Source: Candidatus Staskawiczbacteria bacterium RIFOXYB1_FULL_37_44
GTDB lineage: Bacteria; Patescibacteriota; Minisyncoccia; Minisyncoccales; Staskawiczbacteraceae
Assembly (NCBI GenBank): GCA_001822065.1
Contig: MHPJ01000015.1
Coordinates: forward strand, 7,186 to 71,185
Direction: 5' to 3'
DNA length: 64,000 nt
A program made the position numbers and the translations under genes. Of this stretch, positions 60,876 to 64,000 are shown one piece after another. Numbering within the stretch: the first letter of the stretch is position 1; each line of letters starts with the position of its first letter. Under the pieces are notes generated by a model. That model was not told the origin of the DNA. It searched no databases and saw only the letters and a program-made list of their open reading frames with translations.

Positions 60876-60950
60876 CGTCATTGCGAGGAGTGAAACGACG
60901 AAGCAATCTAAACATGTTTATGAGATAGCTTCGCTTCGCTCACAATGACG
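60876..60950. repeat. MITE/REP-like palindromic element (termini cgtcattgcgag / ctcacaatgacg)
   Basis: Terminal inverted repeats with one mismatch. Same gtcattgcgag terminus as the element at 58985. Confidence 0.7.
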
Positions 60951-61112
60951 CGTAAGTTTGATTGTCTAATCTTACCACCTTTGGGTTAAGCGTAAAAGTA
61001 TTGACATGGTGTCTAAAATATGATATGATAATATTGTTAGCACACAATAGGTTTTGTTCTTAGCGGAGCTTGTCGCAAAGCAAGGAAAAACCAAAACAAT
61101 GAGGACACTCTC

Positions 61113-61457
61113 ATGCAAGATGGAACTTCGGATTCGCTTACCAGCATGTCGTTTGACAAGTTGTCTTTCAGGTATGTTTTTTTCTCGCTGATAGTAGCTT
61201 GCGCTCTTGTGCCAGTGATTGCGACTGGCGTTGCGTTGTATCTTTGGGGAGACCAGCAGACGCCGGCGGAAAAAGAAGAAGTGGAAAAGACAGCAAATGT
61301 CTATGCTTTCACTGAAGCGATCCGATATGCGAAGGATCCGAGAACTGGTCTTTGCTTCGCATATGTGACAAGCGGTTTCTCAACTTCAATGGTGCTGGTC
61401 CCCGAGGAAAAGATTCCTTGTGAGCTTCTTGGAGTCGCAAAACCGAGAGTGGATTAG
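61113..61457 (+). CDS. Membrane-anchored hypothetical protein (114 aa) in a GC-rich patch
   Basis: TM helix FFSLIVACALVPVIATGVALYLW. TTGACA-17-TATGAT promoter upstream at about 61004-61032. Confidence 0.45.
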   Translation: MQDGTSDSLTSMSFDKLSFRYVFFSLIVACALVPVIATGVALYLWGDQQTPAEKEEVEKTANVYAFTEAIRYAKDPRTGLCFAYVTSGFSTSMVLVPEEKIPCELLGVAKPRVD

Positions 61458-61631
61458 GTTACAAATGGTCTGAGCAGGCCGACTGCTTACCGCATCAGAG
61501 AATGCGGTTTTCTTTTACTAAATTTTTTCAAAAATGAAATTACAGCTTACCGTTCAATTTTTGACGATCGTCAAAAAGTTGGCGGAAGAAGATAAAAAGA
61601 GATATAATTAAACAAATGATTATAAGCACGG

Positions 61632-62225
61632 ATGGTTATAAATACTGAAATAATAAATAAAAAAATGAAATCAAAGCCACCCTTAAAAGAAAAAATTTTG
61701 TTATCGCTTCTTGCCGGTATTGCATTTGGGTGCGCGGTTACTCCAAGCCAACAGAGCAGAGTTTTACGGTATTTCGCGAAAATATGGGAAAGCTCCGCTA
61801 AACAAATTTCAAAGGAGGTCAGAAATTTAAAACGATCAGATTTGATTAAAAAAATAGTTAAAACAAAAAGTGGCGAGTATAAAATTGAACTTACTGAAAA
61901 AGGGAAGTTAAAGGCAATTGAATATAATTTTTTGAGGAAATTAAAAATCAAAGATAAAAAATGGGACGGAAAATGGAGAATGTTGATTTTTGATGTGCCC
62001 GAGCGCCTGCGCAGCGGAAGAAACGCATTGAGATGGAAAATTAAAAAACTGGGATTTCACGAACTCCAAAAAAGCGTTTTTGTAATTCCTTTTGAATGTA
62101 AAAAAGAGATAGATTTAGTTGCAAATTATTTTGATTTAAAACTATATATCTATTATGGAATTTTGGAAATAGCGGGGGAGGAGATAAATAAAAAACTTAA
62201 AAAGCATTTCGGTCTTGCGGCATAA
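61632..62225 (+). CDS. PaaX-like transcriptional regulator (wHTH plus C-terminal domain)
   Basis: WDGKWRMLIFDVPERLRSGRNALRWKIKKLGFHELQKSVFVIP resembles the PaaX-family W.G.W..v.YdiPe..R..R pattern. Confidence 0.5.
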   Translation: MVINTEIINKKMKSKPPLKEKILLSLLAGIAFGCAVTPSQQSRVLRYFAKIWESSAKQISKEVRNLKRSDLIKKIVKTKSGEYKIELTEKGKLKAIEYNFLRKLKIKDKKWDGKWRMLIFDVPERLRSGRNALRWKIKKLGFHELQKSVFVIPFECKKEIDLVANYFDLKLYIYYGILEIAGEEINKKLKKHFGLAA

Positions 62226-62326
62226 AATTGGCGATCGTCAAAAATTTGTCATACGTGAAATAACCAAGCGCGCATACACATACTTGACAAGGTTAATTAT
62301 AATATGCTAAATTTAATTTAGCGCAA

Positions 62327-62545
62327 ATGGGTTTTTCCTCACTTTTTTTGGAGGCGATCATGGCTGTCCAGCAAGACAGAGAAATAGATCGTTTGGAAGT
62401 TGTTAGCAACAACAAGGACGTGTTTGAACAAGAGTTAGATATCTTGGAAGACCAAGGATGGAAGATCAAAACAACGTGGACTGAAGGGAGTGATTTTTTT
62501 GCCTTTCTTGTCAAACCTAAAAAACGGATTATAGGGGAGATGTAG
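62327..62545 (+). CDS. Small acidic hypothetical protein (72 aa)
   Basis: ORF in a locally GC-rich patch. No motif. The internal start MAVQQ is also possible. Confidence 0.35.
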   Translation: MGFSSLFLEAIMAVQQDREIDRLEVVSNNKDVFEQELDILEDQGWKIKTTWTEGSDFFAFLVKPKKRIIGEM

Positions 62546-62623
62546 TATGGCTTCAGCGCCGCCATGGCGCCAACGCAGAAATGCTTTGGCGCCAACGCAG
62601 AAATGCTTTGGCGCCTTTTTTGT

Positions 62624-64000
62624 TTAAGCTTCGCGAGGCGTTAAAATTTCTTGGGCGTCGTCGGCGACAATTTTTATTTCGCCGTTGCGGTCGTCAACTC
62701 GGCCTGCAACGAATACTATTTTATTCTCTTGCAGCGCGGCGGGGTTGCGCTCTAACAAATTCGGGAAAATTACAACCTCCATTTTTCCGGTTAGATCTTC
62801 CACTTTTATAAACAGCATTGGCTGGCCTTTTTTGGTAATAATTTTTTTAACAGAGGAAACCATTCCGCCGATTATGAGTTTTTTATCCACAAATGACGCG
62901 TCAATTTTTGAGATTGGAACGGTTTTGTTTTCCAAAAGTTTTTTAAAACTATATAAAGGATGCGAACTTACATACAACCCAAGCAATTCTTTTTCCCAAC
63001 TAAGTTTTTCAAAATTGGTTGCGGGCGTTGCCTGGTCTAATTTTATTTCACTGCTGATTTTTACATTAGAGCTGGCAAAAAGCCCAATTTGTTTTGAGTT
63101 GCCGTTTTTGTTATTTTCACGGGCAATTTCAAGCATTTTTTCCAAATTTCCCAAAAGCTGGTTCCGCTCGGCAAACTCATCAAAGGCGCCGGCTTTTATT
63201 AAAGCCTCCATTGATTTTTTGTTTAAATCTTTCGATTTTACTCTATGTATAAAATCGCTGATGGTTGCAAATTTGCCATTGATTTTTCTTTCCTCGACAA
63301 TTGCATCAATTATGTTTACGCCCACATTTTTAATTGCCAGAAGCCCGAATCGTATTTGTCCGCCAGCTGACGGATTTCTCTCAACAACTGTGAAGTTTTT
63401 TAAGGATTCATTTATATTCGGAGCCAAAACTTCCACTTCCATTTTTTTACATTCGTCGATTAAAAATGAAATGCGTTCAACGTCGGCTTTTTCTGAAGTT
63501 AAAACCGATGCCATAAATTCAACAGGGTAGTGAGCTTTTAAATATGCAGTCTGGTAGGCAATTGTGGCGTAAGCTGCAGAGTGCGATTTATTAAATCCAT
63601 AGGCGGCAAAAGGCAAAATCCACTGCCAAAGTTCTTTTGCAACTTGTTTTGAAGCGCCGTTTTCTATGGCTCCATTTGTAAATTTATCTTTTTGCGCGTC
63701 TAAAAGATCTTTAATTTTTTTACCGATAGCTTTTCTTAAAACATCTGCCTGGCCCAAAGTAAATCCGCAAACTTCTTGCGCAATTTTCATAAGCTGTTCT
63801 TGGTAAATGCAAATGCCCTGCGTGTCTTTTAAAATTGGTTCAAGTTTTGGATGTAAATATTCAATTGTTTGGTTGCCGTGTTTCCTGGCAATATAATCTG
63901 GTATAAATTGCATCGGGCCTGGCCTGTATAACGCAACCATTGCGGTAATATCTTCAAAAGTTGACGGTTTCAGCTCTTTTAAATATCTTTTCATCCCGTC
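62624..64000 (-). CDS. dnaE: DNA polymerase III alpha subunit, C-terminal part (5' end beyond the window)
   Basis: ALYRPGPM, HGNQTIEYLHPKLEPILKDTQGICIYQEQ, FNKSHSAAYA motifs. The frame stays open to the window edge. Confidence 0.9.
   Translation of the reverse strand, partial: DGMKRYLKELKPSTFEDITAMVALYRPGPMQFIPDYIARKHGNQTIEYLHPKLEPILKDTQGICIYQEQLMKIAQEVCGFTLGQADVLRKAIGKKIKDLLDAQKDKFTNGAIENGASKQVAKELWQWILPFAAYGFNKSHSAAYATIAYQTAYLKAHYPVEFMASVLTSEKADVERISFLIDECKKMEVEVLAPNINESLKNFTVVERNPSAGGQIRFGLLAIKNVGVNIIDAIVEERKINGKFATISDFIHRVKSKDLNKKSMEALIKAGAFDEFAERNQLLGNLEKMLEIARENNKNGNSKQIGLFASSNVKISSEIKLDQATPATNFEKLSWEKELLGLYVSSHPLYSFKKLLENKTVPISKIDASFVDKKLIIGGMVSSVKKIITKKGQPMLFIKVEDLTGKMEVVIFPNLLERNPAALQENKIVFVAGRVDDRNGEIKIVADDAQEILTPREA

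Noticed and set aside
60687-60948. ORFs 60687-60893 and 60733-60948
   Set aside because: They run from antisense thrS into the MITE-like element (VIARSETTKQS-type repeat translation). Not genes.
62566-62620. 22-bp tandem duplication ggcgccaacgcagaaatgcttt x2 followed by ggcgcc and a T-run
   Set aside because: It lies between convergent genes and most simply forms a duplicated rho-independent bidirectional terminator. Nothing suggests more.
748-63530. Many internal or antisense ORFs in the track (for example 748-978, 1070-1589, 5066-5614, 21428-21757, 48862-49362, 56392-57162 and 62685-63530)
   Set aside because: Each is nested in or antisense to a longer ORF with clear family motifs. They have low-complexity or Phe/Ser/Leu-rich composition typical of antisense AT-rich coding sequence.
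1-64000. rRNA genes, tmRNA, SRP RNA, retron or DGR components
   Set aside because: No rRNA-like conserved stretches, reverse transcriptase ORF or template/variable repeat pair were noticed by eye. Small structured RNAs cannot be excluded without covariance-model searches.

Overview
Low-GC, gene-dense bacterial window. Its content looks like a reduced Candidate Phyla Radiation/Patescibacteria-type genome: compact RNase P RNA, short or fused housekeeping enzymes, many secreted Cys-rich/LRR/Ig-like surface proteins, fermentative enzymes and no biosynthetic operons. That taxonomic call is inference only. All protein family calls come from motifs recognised by eye; no BLAST, HMM or RNA covariance search was possible.

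Core genes recognised: pgk, a RecJ-like DHH protein, rnpB, murJ, lepA, rsgA, an ArsM-like methyltransferase, a 2-hydroxyacid dehydrogenase, malic enzyme, an SPFH protein, a SWIB protein, a mitochondrial-type single-chain PheRS, gyrB, secE-nusG-rplK, a dTTP-synthesis cluster (dCMP deaminase, Nudix-kinase fusion, Tmk fused to a tandem ThyX), gatB, miaA, miaB, thrS and a partial dnaE.

Accessory content:
1. Two type II restriction-modification (RM) cassettes at 6.2-10.9 kb, each bracketed by the same left (promoter) and right flank sequences.
2. A tRNA cluster at 15.1-16.4 kb. An initiator-type tRNA(CAU) is split by a ~282-nt group I intron and followed by a free-standing LAGLIDADG-like endonuclease gene.
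3. An island of about 14-16 kb starting at tRNA-Asp. It carries two large serine recombinases, a Rep-like gene, a type III RM system and unknown genes.

The most unusual structure is at 26.7-30.8 kb. The GC-rich, hairpin-rich 3' end of the second recombinase gene occurs three times. Two of the copies extend into ~317-bp near-identical inverted repeats around a 1.75-kb three-gene cassette (two membrane proteins and a protein with a HEPN-like RNxxxH motif).

Short GC-rich palindromes and intergenic-type repeats also sit in frame inside housekeeping genes (pgk, lepA, miaB, thrS), and MITE-like palindromic elements flank thrS.
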